From IMG/VR virus record IMGVR_UViG_3300003322_000298, positions 1 to 59,417 of that record: a stretch of DNA of 59,417 nucleotides. One strand, given 5' to 3'. The notes under the pieces were generated by a model. That model worked only from the letters and a program-made list of their open reading frames with translations, did no database searches and was not told the origin of the DNA. This DNA comes from a virus. The translations under genes and the position numbers were made by a program. Shown one piece after another: positions 52,202 to 59,218 of this stretch; positions within the stretch are counted from its first letter, which is position 1; each line of letters starts with the position of its first letter.

Positions 52202-52645
52202 GCGGTCGCAGTCATCGGAAGCGGCTTCCAATTGCTGTGGACGGGCCCCGCGTCATTCGCAGAGCACGCGCGCAAACACGGCCTCAAAGTTGGCTCGCTG
52301 CTCTACGCCGCACCCCTGACCACGGCTCCAGAGGAATGGCGCGAAGAGGCATGCAAGCTCGTGGTCGATCTGTATCGAGACACACAGAAGCTGAGCGGCT
52401 CGCAGAACGCCGCCGAACGACTGCTGGAGCTGCTCGCCACCCCATCACCAGCCGCCCAAGCGCCAGCCAGTGAGCAGGAGGCGAATGAATGCGAGTCCTG
52501 TTTGGGCACAGGGCGCACCGACGACCCTGAAGAGTGCCCATGCTGTGGCATGGCCGGTTGTCGTTCGATCGACTGTCCCGATTGTTCCGGCACTGGTCAC
52601 ACCCCTCCCAAGGCCCCCTCAGCCACCGAGGGAGAAGCGCCGTGA
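52019..52645 (+). CDS. CCHC zinc-knuckle protein with DnaJ-type CxxCxGxG fingers (family B, copy 2)
   Basis: The same N-terminal ~60 aa as 50164. C-terminal CESCLGTG...CPCCG...CPDCSGTG. Confidence 0.68.
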   Translation: MQSEAPDYWNHSVKFCLFCNKEGHLTNECWSTHAINTPAQKELARLAYLASPSSQPAEKAEAVAVIGSGFQLLWTGPASFAEHARKHGLKVGSLLYAAPLTTAPEEWREEACKLVVDLYRDTQKLSGSQNAAERLLELLATPSPAAQAPASEQEANECESCLGTGRTDDPEECPCCGMAGCRSIDCPDCSGTGHTPPKAPSATEGEAP

Positions 52646-52857
52646 GCGAGAAGGCGCCCATCAGCGATGCCGTTCGGATCATCTGCCGCGCGCATTTCGA
52701 CGAAGAAAACTCTGGATGCTCACGGTGCCCCATTCGTTCCGCTTGTCACTCAAGCCCAACCATGAACGTCACCTATGACGGGCTCAATGAATGGCGCATC
52801 CGGATGAATGAGGCTGCCGAAGCCCATCTAGCCACCCCCACTAAGAAATCCCCATGA
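52642..52857 (+). CDS. hypothetical Cys-containing protein
   Basis: GTGA coupling. Confidence 0.48.
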   Translation: MSEKAPISDAVRIICRAHFDEENSGCSRCPIRSACHSSPTMNVTYDGLNEWRIRMNEAAEAHLATPTKKSP

Positions 52858-53201
52858 CCACAGACCGCGAACTTTTGGAGAAGGCTGCGAAGGCGGCGGG
52901 GATTGAGCACGAAGGAGAGGCTGGCGACTGGCTTGCAGGCCGCGGTAATCTCGCGCTGCTCATAAAGGGGACGCAGAAAGTCTGGAACCCCCTCACCGAC
53001 GACGGCGATGCGCTGCGGTTGGCGGTGAAGTTGGGGTTCAGCCTGAGTATCGGTACTGCTGGCTGCATGGTGCGCTATGAGCGGCCCCCAGGCGACTTGT
53101 GGATTGAGGAACGCCGAACGGGCACAGATCAGGACATTCCCGCCGCCACTCGCCGAGCCATCGTCCGCGCTGCCGCCTCCATTGCAAAGGAAGAAGCATG
53201 A
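52854..53201 (+). CDS. hypothetical protein
   Basis: ATGA coupling. WNPLTDDGDALRLAVKLG, common in small phage proteins. Confidence 0.58.
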   Translation: MTTDRELLEKAAKAAGIEHEGEAGDWLAGRGNLALLIKGTQKVWNPLTDDGDALRLAVKLGFSLSIGTAGCMVRYERPPGDLWIEERRTGTDQDIPAATRRAIVRAAASIAKEEA

Positions 53202-53470
53202 GCCTATTGACCGAAGAAAAAATCAACACGCTCATCAGCCAGAGCGAGGTCTACCAGTACCACCCCGGCGCGATCTTGGAATTCGCCCGCGCCATCGAGA
53301 AAGCCGTCCTTGCCGAGGTGGCAGGGAAGGGGTATCGGCTGGTGCCGGTGGAGCCGACGCGCGAGATGATCGATGCCTACTTGGCTGCCGATGTCCGATT
53401 CCCCTCAGCACGCAGCGATTGGGCCGCCATGCTCGCTGCCGCTCCTTCTCTTCCTGAGGTGGGCGAATGA
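53198..53470 (+). CDS. hypothetical protein (paralog family E, copy 2)
   Basis: See 51439-51783. Confidence 0.6.
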   Translation: MSLLTEEKINTLISQSEVYQYHPGAILEFARAIEKAVLAEVAGKGYRLVPVEPTREMIDAYLAADVRFPSARSDWAAMLAAAPSLPEVGE

Positions 53471-53733
53471 GCGCCCGCTACGCAAAGGCCGGCTCTGTCT
53501 ACGTCTGCGGCGCCTGCGGCAAGAAGTCGAAAGACCTCTACGGAGAGGGTGGCGGATGGGACGAGTCCTGCATGCTCAATGCCGTGCTGTGCAACGAGGT
53601 GACGGGTGAGGTGATCGAGGGCACGCGTCGGCCGCTGAAGCCCATGCCGACATTCGAGGAAATCCTCGCGACGCCAATCGATCCTGAGCTGCTGGAATGC
53701 GCACAGGAACTCTTGCGAAAGGCCAAGCAATGA
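53467..53733 (+). CDS. hypothetical protein
   Basis: ATGA coupling. CGACGK motif. Confidence 0.52.
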   Translation: MSARYAKAGSVYVCGACGKKSKDLYGEGGGWDESCMLNAVLCNEVTGEVIEGTRRPLKPMPTFEEILATPIDPELLECAQELLRKAKQ

Positions 53734-54122
53734 CCGCCCCCCACCTGCCGGTTGTGGCGTGGCGCTACGAATTCTGCCTAGACGAAAAGCCGGTAGAAGC
53801 GATTGTCCTGGATGAGCGGATTCCCGCGCGCACCGCGACCGAGCAGCCCCTCGTCCGCCAGTCAGACGCCTTAGCCGCTATCTCTGCGGTTAGGGAGGAG
53901 GTGGAGGCGCTTCGGAAGGATGCGGAGAGGTGGCGCTTTTGCGCTGAGGGGCACATGTTTCCAGAGTTCTGCGGCCACGATACCGGATCGCCCACCGGCC
54001 AAAGCTGGTACATGCCAACCTCGCCGATCAGGAAGCCGCCAATCTTTCAGACGCCAGGAGAAGCTGCCGACGAGTACATGCAGTTCGTCGCAGCTCGCGC
54101 CATCCGGTCGGGTGGGAGGTGA
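53730..54122 (+). CDS. hypothetical protein
   Basis: ATGA coupling. Confidence 0.52.
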   Translation: MTAPHLPVVAWRYEFCLDEKPVEAIVLDERIPARTATEQPLVRQSDALAAISAVREEVEALRKDAERWRFCAEGHMFPEFCGHDTGSPTGQSWYMPTSPIRKPPIFQTPGEAADEYMQFVAARAIRSGGR

Positions 54123-54123
54123 G

Positions 54124-54849
54124 GTGAATGAGCTGGCACTTTTCGCTGGCGCTGGAGGCGGCCTACTCGCCGGCAAGCTCCTTGGATGGCGACCCGTCTG
54201 CGCCGTGGAGCTCAATCCCTACCGCATCAGACGACTCATGCAGCGACAAACTGAGGGGCACCTTCCACCGTTCCCAGTTTGGGACGATGTCTGCACCTTC
54301 GACGGACGCCCATGGCGCGGCATTGTTGACGTCGTTTCGGGAGGCTTTCCGTGCACCGACATCAGCAGCGCCGGCAAGAAGGCGGGCATCGAGGGTGAAG
54401 CCTCTGGCCTTTGGGTGGAGATGGCCAGGATCATTCGCGAGGTTCGACCCCGCATCGTCTTCGTGGAGAACGCGGCAGCACTCGTTCATCGAGGACTCGA
54501 GCGAGTTCTCGGAGACCTGGCCAGCATGGGGTTTGATGCTCGCTGGGGAGTGCTTGGATCTGACGACGTGGGCGCCGACCACGGCCGCGCGCGGATCTGG
54601 ATCCTGGCCTACCCCGTGCCACGGCTCCAGCCATTGGGGCGGAACGTTTCAAGAGGTCGGTGGCAGCGGCAACAAGTTGCGCAACACGCCGACCGGGAAG
54701 CTCTATGTGAACCCGGATTTTTGGGAAAGCCTGATGGGATGGCCGATCGGATGGAGCGGAACCGCGCCATTGGAGACGGCCAGGACCCGCGAGTGGCTGC
54801 GGCAGCTTTCCGCGCCCTCGCTGCCGGCTTCATCGATCCTCGAGGCTGA
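54124..54849 (+). CDS. DNA (cytosine-5)-methyltransferase
   Basis: LFAGAGGG (motif I), GGFPCTDIS (IV), FVENAAAL (VI), GADHGRARIWILA (VIII), C-terminal RNRAIGDGQDPRV (motif X-like). GTG start; an alternative GTG lies at 54112. Confidence 0.72.
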   Translation: MNELALFAGAGGGLLAGKLLGWRPVCAVELNPYRIRRLMQRQTEGHLPPFPVWDDVCTFDGRPWRGIVDVVSGGFPCTDISSAGKKAGIEGEASGLWVEMARIIREVRPRIVFVENAAALVHRGLERVLGDLASMGFDARWGVLGSDDVGADHGRARIWILAYPVPRLQPLGRNVSRGRWQRQQVAQHADREALCEPGFLGKPDGMADRMERNRAIGDGQDPRVAAAAFRALAAGFIDPRG

Positions 54850-54880
54850 AACATGCCCATTACCCAGGCCGCGCAGATGA
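54128..54880 (+). CDS. 250-codon ORF in the +1 frame, fully overlapping the methyltransferase
   Basis: ATG lies 8 nt after GGAGG. Contains SGSWPTP and NPDFWESLMGWPIGWSGTAPLET. See findings. Confidence 0.4.
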   Translation: MSWHFSLALEAAYSPASSLDGDPSAPWSSIPTASDDSCSDKLRGTFHRSQFGTMSAPSTDAHGAALLTSFREAFRAPTSAAPARRRASRVKPLAFGWRWPGSFARFDPASSSWRTRQHSFIEDSSEFSETWPAWGLMLAGECLDLTTWAPTTAARGSGSWPTPCHGSSHWGGTFQEVGGSGNKLRNTPTGKLYVNPDFWESLMGWPIGWSGTAPLETARTREWLRQLSAPSLPASSILEAETCPLPRPRR

Positions 54881-54896
54881 GCGTGAGAGGTGGGGC

Positions 54897-55094
54897 ATGA
54901 GTGCGCTTCTCGATCAGCTGCTCGAAGACGTGCTGCGCAGGATCTCGCAGTCATTCAGCATACCGTCGATTGCATCGGCCACCATCGAGCCGCACTTCGA
55001 GGCCCGCGAGTCCGACCTGATCCGAGGCGCCGACAGCATGCTCGACTTCGCTGTACGCGAGAAAACCAACCAAAAGAAAGGAGGCGCGCCATGA
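54897..55094 (+). CDS. hypothetical protein
   Basis: GAGGTGG upstream. Confidence 0.5.
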   Translation: MSALLDQLLEDVLRRISQSFSIPSIASATIEPHFEARESDLIRGADSMLDFAVREKTNQKKGGAP

Positions 55095-55172
55095 AGTAGC
55101 TGCCACAAGCCCCGTGATCGCGGTCCCGAGAGCTGCGAGACATTCATCAACACAGCAGAAGGACTGCAAACC

Positions 55173-55538
55173 ATGTATGCACGAAACAAGGAAACGATTG
55201 TCGACCGCCGCGAAATGCTCCGAGTCAAGGTCAAGAGCCTGGCCGAAGAGGCCCGCATCATCCGCCGCGAGGAGGTCCGCACATGGGGCGCCCTCAGGCA
55301 GGAGCTGCAGCACCACCGCACACGCGATGTGCGCTGCGCCGCGCGGGCAGCCCATCTTGCGCTGGGCTTCCTGAAGGGTCGCACGCTGACCCAGATGGAA
55401 GCCAGGCGCTGGCAGGGCATGCACCCGGCCATGGCGAAGGCCATGGATGAAGCGCTATTCGCGGAGGTCGGCCGCCTGCTCAAGAAGTACGGGCCGGCCG
55501 GCTTCACGATCCCGGTCGAGGTAAAGAAAGCGGCCTAA
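55173..55538 (+). CDS. hypothetical protein
   Basis: ORF. Confidence 0.55.
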   Translation: MYARNKETIVDRREMLRVKVKSLAEEARIIRREEVRTWGALRQELQHHRTRDVRCAARAAHLALGFLKGRTLTQMEARRWQGMHPAMAKAMDEALFAEVGRLLKKYGPAGFTIPVEVKKAA

Positions 55539-55547
55539 GGCCGTGGC

Positions 55548-55622
55548 GCGCCCTTAGCTCAAAGGTAGAGCGACGGTCTCTAAAGCCGAGGGTTCAGGGT
55601 TCGATCCCCTGAGGGCGCACCA
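55548..55622 (+). tRNA. tRNA with CUA anticodon (amber suppressor-type)
   Basis: Full cloverleaf read by hand. Anticodon loop C-U-CUA-A-A with the anticodon at 55580-55582. TTCGATC T loop, A73, encoded CCA. Confidence 0.85.
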
Positions 55623-55640
55623 TCAACGAGAGGCTACACA

Positions 55641-55949
55641 ATGGGCTGGACACCACTCTCAGCGCCGCTTGACCTGCTGAGGGCTGGCCTGATCTCACAC
55701 AACGAGGCAAGAGCCATGGGCCTGACAGCGCCGACCATCGTCCCCCGCCCGCCCGCGCGAAGGCATGGCACCATCGAGTGCGATGGCTGCGGCGCGCCTG
55801 TTCACCCTCACGAGCACGCCTGCAGCTACTGCACCCGCATCCCGGATCTCGGTGGATGCATCGATCCGATAGTCGAACGCATGGGGTGGATCAATATCAC
55901 GACATTAAACGATCCGGAGCCGGTATTTTTAAAGGAAACGCGCAAATGA
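55641..55949 (+). CDS. hypothetical Cys-containing protein
   Basis: ORF. CDGCG...CSYC. Confidence 0.55.
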   Translation: MGWTPLSAPLDLLRAGLISHNEARAMGLTAPTIVPRPPARRHGTIECDGCGAPVHPHEHACSYCTRIPDLGGCIDPIVERMGWINITTLNDPEPVFLKETRK

Positions 55950-56254
55950 AGCGCTTCGCACCTGGCGACGTCTGCATGATCAGCTACGGCGGTTCATACG
56001 ATGGCATGGTCGTTGTTCTGCGCGAGCAGTCACCGCATGCTCATAGGATCTGGCGCATTGAAGGCAAAGTGCCCAACAAGAATCTGCGGAACAAGCTCGT
56101 GGAGCCGGCGCTTCACGAAAGAATGCTGATACTCCTGCGCGAAGACCCCGGCGTCGACGAGATCAACCTCGTACGGATGGCACGCAGCGGCAGCAAGGTG
56201 GCCGCCGACGCGCTGGCAATGCGTCGCACGCAAGCCCTGCAATCCAGGCTATGA
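55946..56254 (+). CDS. hypothetical protein
   Basis: ATGA coupling. Confidence 0.55.
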   Translation: MKRFAPGDVCMISYGGSYDGMVVVLREQSPHAHRIWRIEGKVPNKNLRNKLVEPALHERMLILLREDPGVDEINLVRMARSGSKVAADALAMRRTQALQSRL

Positions 56255-56694
56255 AATTCGCAAGATTCCCATCGCTTGAACTCTCCTGGTTGCCAATCAG
56301 CGAGCGCAAGGGCCTGCCGACACCGGCCATCCTGTTCCATCACGACCCGCAATGCAGCGGTTGTTACCTCGCGCGCGGTGAACCATGGGATCAGCTGGAG
56401 CACTGCGGAGAACGCGACGTGCTGATGATCTCAACCGCCCATGGAGCGCGTCCATCTACCATCGCTCACGAGTTCAGGCATATGCAGCAGCGTTACGTCA
56501 CCGCGTTGCCGCGCATCGGCTTTAGCCCGGCCCTTGACTTTGGCGACACGCTTGAGGCTTGGGAAAGAGCAGTCAAGGTGTTCTACCGGAGGCCATGGGA
56601 ACTCGATGCTCTGCGCTTCGAGAGCCGCCTCGCGCCAGACGATACGAACGAGCACGCCATGCGCATCACCGTACACGCGAGAGGCTGGCGATGA
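56251..56694 (+). CDS. small HExxH-motif protein (putative metallopeptidase-like)
   Basis: STIAHEFRHMQQ. Confidence 0.58.
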   Translation: MKFARFPSLELSWLPISERKGLPTPAILFHHDPQCSGCYLARGEPWDQLEHCGERDVLMISTAHGARPSTIAHEFRHMQQRYVTALPRIGFSPALDFGDTLEAWERAVKVFYRRPWELDALRFESRLAPDDTNEHAMRITVHARGWR

Positions 56695-56990
56695 CGATGT
56701 TCACACTCATCCGCAGGAAGCCCATGAAGGGCCGCGCCAAGCAACGCGACGCCAACGCACGCGCCCTGCTGGTCTTCGAGGCCATCGCGCGAGGCTCCCG
56801 CTACGTCCCGACAGCGCAGCGCTTCGAGATCAGCATCGGCCGAGTGGGCCAGTGCTTCTACAAGGTGGCGCGCATGACGGCGCTGCACGAGCGCTGCAAG
56901 TTCCCTGATCTGGCCGAGGTCAGGGCCGATCCTGACCGCTGGGTGAGCCTGGCCGCCGAGGCCGCCAGGGCCAGAGGGTGGTTCGAATGA
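56691..56990 (+). CDS. putative HTH DNA-binding protein
   Basis: ATGA coupling. TAQRFEISIGRVGQCFYKV is helix-turn-helix-like. Confidence 0.52.
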   Translation: MTMFTLIRRKPMKGRAKQRDANARALLVFEAIARGSRYVPTAQRFEISIGRVGQCFYKVARMTALHERCKFPDLAEVRADPDRWVSLAAEAARARGWFE

Positions 56991-57034
56991 GGGTTCATCC
57001 TACGTGCGGCCGAGCAACAATCCGACGCCAGGCC

Positions 57035-57064
57035 TTGCGCATCATTGCGAAATTTGCGGATAAT
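57035..57064 (+). promoter_or_regulatory. sigma70-like promoter candidate
   Basis: TTGCGC-N18-GATAAT in an AT-richer stretch. Confidence 0.35.
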
Positions 57065-57197
57065 GCCGCCACTGAACGCAACCGAACCCACACCCCGCCG
57101 GCCAGCGCGTTGACCGGCGGAGCCTGCCGCAGACAAGGCCCGATCTCGCAAGGATCGACCCCAGGGTATGAAGTAAGCGCCGGATGCGATCAACGAG

Positions 57198-57230
57198 AGC
57201 CCGCCCCGCAAGGTGGGCTTTCGCCTTTAT
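57198..57230 (+). terminator. terminator-like hairpin
   Basis: AGCCCGCC-ccgcaa-GGTGGGCT followed by TTCGCCTTTAT. Confidence 0.4.
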
Positions 57231-57313
57231 GGCGTCGTAAAATCCAAGCGGGATGCCTGGCAGGTTTCCCATTGCAATGCTTGTCTCAGGTGCGGCTGCT
57301 CGCTGCATCCTTC

Positions 57314-57342
57314 GCCCCGGGGCTTCGGCCTCGGGGCTCTTT
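57314..57342 (+). terminator. terminator-like hairpin with UUCG loop
   Basis: GCCCCGGGGC-ttcg-GCCTCGGGGC (one G.U pair) followed by TCTTT. Confidence 0.45.
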
Positions 57343-57399
57343 AGAGGCAGGCAGCCCAGAATCACAACAGCAGGCCGGAAGGCCCGGCCACCTGAGACC

Positions 57400-57825
57400 A
57401 TGAGCGACACCCAAGACATGGCGGCCCAGATTGCCGCCGACATCGACCCCATGAGCGAAGGCGTGATCTTCATCGTCATGCCCACGCTCATGTCCAACGA
57501 GACCGCGTTCGAAATGCGCAACAGTTTGCGCGAGAAGATGCCGAACCGCGAGTTCGCGATCCTCCCGCCAGGCGCCAAGGTCATCGACAGCGCCACGCCC
57601 AGCAGGCTTGAACAAGAGCTTCGGCAGCTGCGCGGTGATGTGCACGAGCTGGCCGAAGTCGTGTCCGAGATTGCTAGCGCCTCCCGCGACACGATCGCCG
57701 CCCTGCAGACGTTACTCACGGAATTGGCCGCCGATCCGGATCCCGAAGGCGACGAGCCCGGCATCGACCTCGATGGCCAGGTCGGCGGCAAGCCGCGCGA
57801 AGCGGGCACGAGCCTGGACGGCTGA
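57400..57825 (+). CDS. hypothetical acidic protein
   Basis: In-frame ATG of track ORF 57253-57825. Weak RBS. Confidence 0.52.
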   Translation: MSDTQDMAAQIAADIDPMSEGVIFIVMPTLMSNETAFEMRNSLREKMPNREFAILPPGAKVIDSATPSRLEQELRQLRGDVHELAEVVSEIASASRDTIAALQTLLTELAADPDPEGDEPGIDLDGQVGGKPREAGTSLDG

Positions 57826-57826
57826 C

Positions 57827-58120
57827 ATGCTGACCGAGCCCGAAGTCAAGAAGCCCGGCCTCATCGTGTTCTCAAGCCGGCAGCGCATGCGCAAGGCGCT
57901 GATCGCGCACGGCATGCGCTGGGGCTGCAAGCTCGTGCCGGGGAAGGACGACGTCGTCGCCGCCACGGGCCGCACGTGGCATTACCGGCTCATCCGCAAC
58001 CCGCAGGAGGCCGACGCCGCCACCAAGGGCCAGAGATTCGCCGAGATCGCGCTCGACGCGCGCGGCGCGCGGCCCGACTTGGCCACATTGGCGCTTCTAC
58101 GGCTGGCGCTGGCGCGATGA
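57827..58120 (+). CDS. hypothetical protein
   Basis: The ATG follows 1 nt after the upstream stop. Confidence 0.55.
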   Translation: MLTEPEVKKPGLIVFSSRQRMRKALIAHGMRWGCKLVPGKDDVVAATGRTWHYRLIRNPQEADAATKGQRFAEIALDARGARPDLATLALLRLALAR

Positions 58121-58524
58121 AAAAGCAGCCCCGCATCCAAAGCCTGAAGCCGGTGATCGGCATGCTCAAGATTGGGCCGGCTGTCATGGAGTCCCTTCCA
58201 CAAGATCCAACGAGTTGGCGCGCCAACAAGACGAGCAGCACGCAGCGCGGTTACGGCTACCGCTGGAAGCTGGCCCGCGATGCCTACCTGAAGGCTCACC
58301 CAATCTGCGTCATGTGCGAAGAAAAGGGCCTGATCGTCGCGGCGAACGTGGTCGACCACCGGATTGCCCACCGCGGCGATCAGCGACTCTTCTGGGACCG
58401 CCTGAACTGGCAGAGCCTATGCAAGCCACATCACGACAGCCACGCCCAGAAGCGCGATCGCGAGGCGGCGAAAGGCGCATGGCTCTACAGCATTCCGGCT
58501 CCACCTGAGGATGACCCATCGTGA
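58117..58524 (+). CDS. HNH endonuclease (terminase-associated type)
   Basis: CVMCEEKG...VDHRIAHRGD...LCKPHHDSH. Lies near the genome end, upstream of terS. Confidence 0.85.
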   Translation: MKKQPRIQSLKPVIGMLKIGPAVMESLPQDPTSWRANKTSSTQRGYGYRWKLARDAYLKAHPICVMCEEKGLIVAANVVDHRIAHRGDQRLFWDRLNWQSLCKPHHDSHAQKRDREAAKGAWLYSIPAPPEDDPS

Positions 58525-58979
58525 CGATCTGCATCCACACTGGCAAGGCCTGCCGCTGCCAGCCTCAGGAAGGCGTTCTCTGCGAGTTCGGCCCGCAGCC
58601 GCCCTACATCAACGGGCCGACGAAGCTACCGCAGCCCATCAAGCTCTCGCAGAACATACGCCTTTGGGACGAGGCCGCGCTGCACAAGCTCTGGGCCGAG
58701 GCATTCGAGGCTGGCCGCAGCGTGCGCCAAGCCATGCACGCCCCCAGGGACGCGCGCAAGATCCGCGAACCTTCGAGCATCGGTTGCCCTGGTCTGCAAG
58801 TGCCAGCGGAGCCCATTCCAGCGTGCACATCATGGCTGCGTCACGACTGCCCGCCTCCAACGGTCGAGGTCGTCTCACCTGACCCCGCCATGCGCGCCTA
58901 CCGCGAAGGCGACAAGATCGTGCTGCACAGGGATGACCACACCCAGCCTCCCACCGACTGGACTACCCAGACCCGCTAG
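58521..58979 (+). CDS. hypothetical protein
   Basis: GTGA coupling. Ends TAG GGC TAA. Confidence 0.55.
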   Translation: MTICIHTGKACRCQPQEGVLCEFGPQPPYINGPTKLPQPIKLSQNIRLWDEAALHKLWAEAFEAGRSVRQAMHAPRDARKIREPSSIGCPGLQVPAEPIPACTSWLRHDCPPPTVEVVSPDPAMRAYREGDKIVLHRDDHTQPPTDWTTQTR

Positions 58980-58997
58980 GGCTAACATCCACGCCAC

Positions 58998-59073
58998 GCC
59001 CTCATAGCTCAGCTGGTAGAGCAGCCGCCTTGTAAGCGGCAGGTCCGAGGTTCGAGCCCTCGTGTCGGCACCA
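58998..59073 (+). tRNA. tRNA-Thr(UGU)-like
   Basis: Canonical D, anticodon (GCCGC-CTTGTAA-GCGGC) and T arms, with CCA. The acceptor stem has C.C (4:69) and U.U (5:68) mismatches. Confidence 0.6.
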
Positions 59074-59078
59074 CACAT

Positions 59079-59154
59079 AGCGGGATAGCTCAGATGGAAG
59101 AGCACCTGGCCCATACCCCGGCCGTCGAGGATTCGAGCGCCTCTCCCGCTTCCA
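59079..59154 (+). tRNA. degenerate tRNA-like element with CAU anticodon
   Basis: Perfect 7-bp acceptor stem and D arm. Defects are C33 instead of U33, a U.C mismatch in the anticodon stem and A.G at 53:61. Confidence 0.4.
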
Positions 59155-59191
59155 CCTCCTCACCCCCACACCTCCGTGAAGCGCGTCGCCC

Positions 59192-59218
59192 CCCTGCCAG
59201 GCATGAGACCTGGCAGGG
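59192..59218 (+). other. 10-bp hairpin downstream of the tRNA cluster
   Basis: CCCTGCCAGG-catgaga-CCTGGCAGGG. No T tract. Confidence 0.35.

Noticed and set aside
56978-57809. ORFs 56978-57403 (+) and 57042-57809 (-) covering the structured gap.
   Set aside because: Implausible composition and no coupling to neighbours. The minus ORF is antisense to a better + strand gene (57400-57825).
58998-59073. tRNA-Thr-like sequence as an attP core for integration into a host tRNA gene.
   Set aside because: No integrase or excisionase was recognisable anywhere in the genome. Nearly the whole tRNA is present rather than a 3' fragment, and it sits beside another tRNA-like gene.
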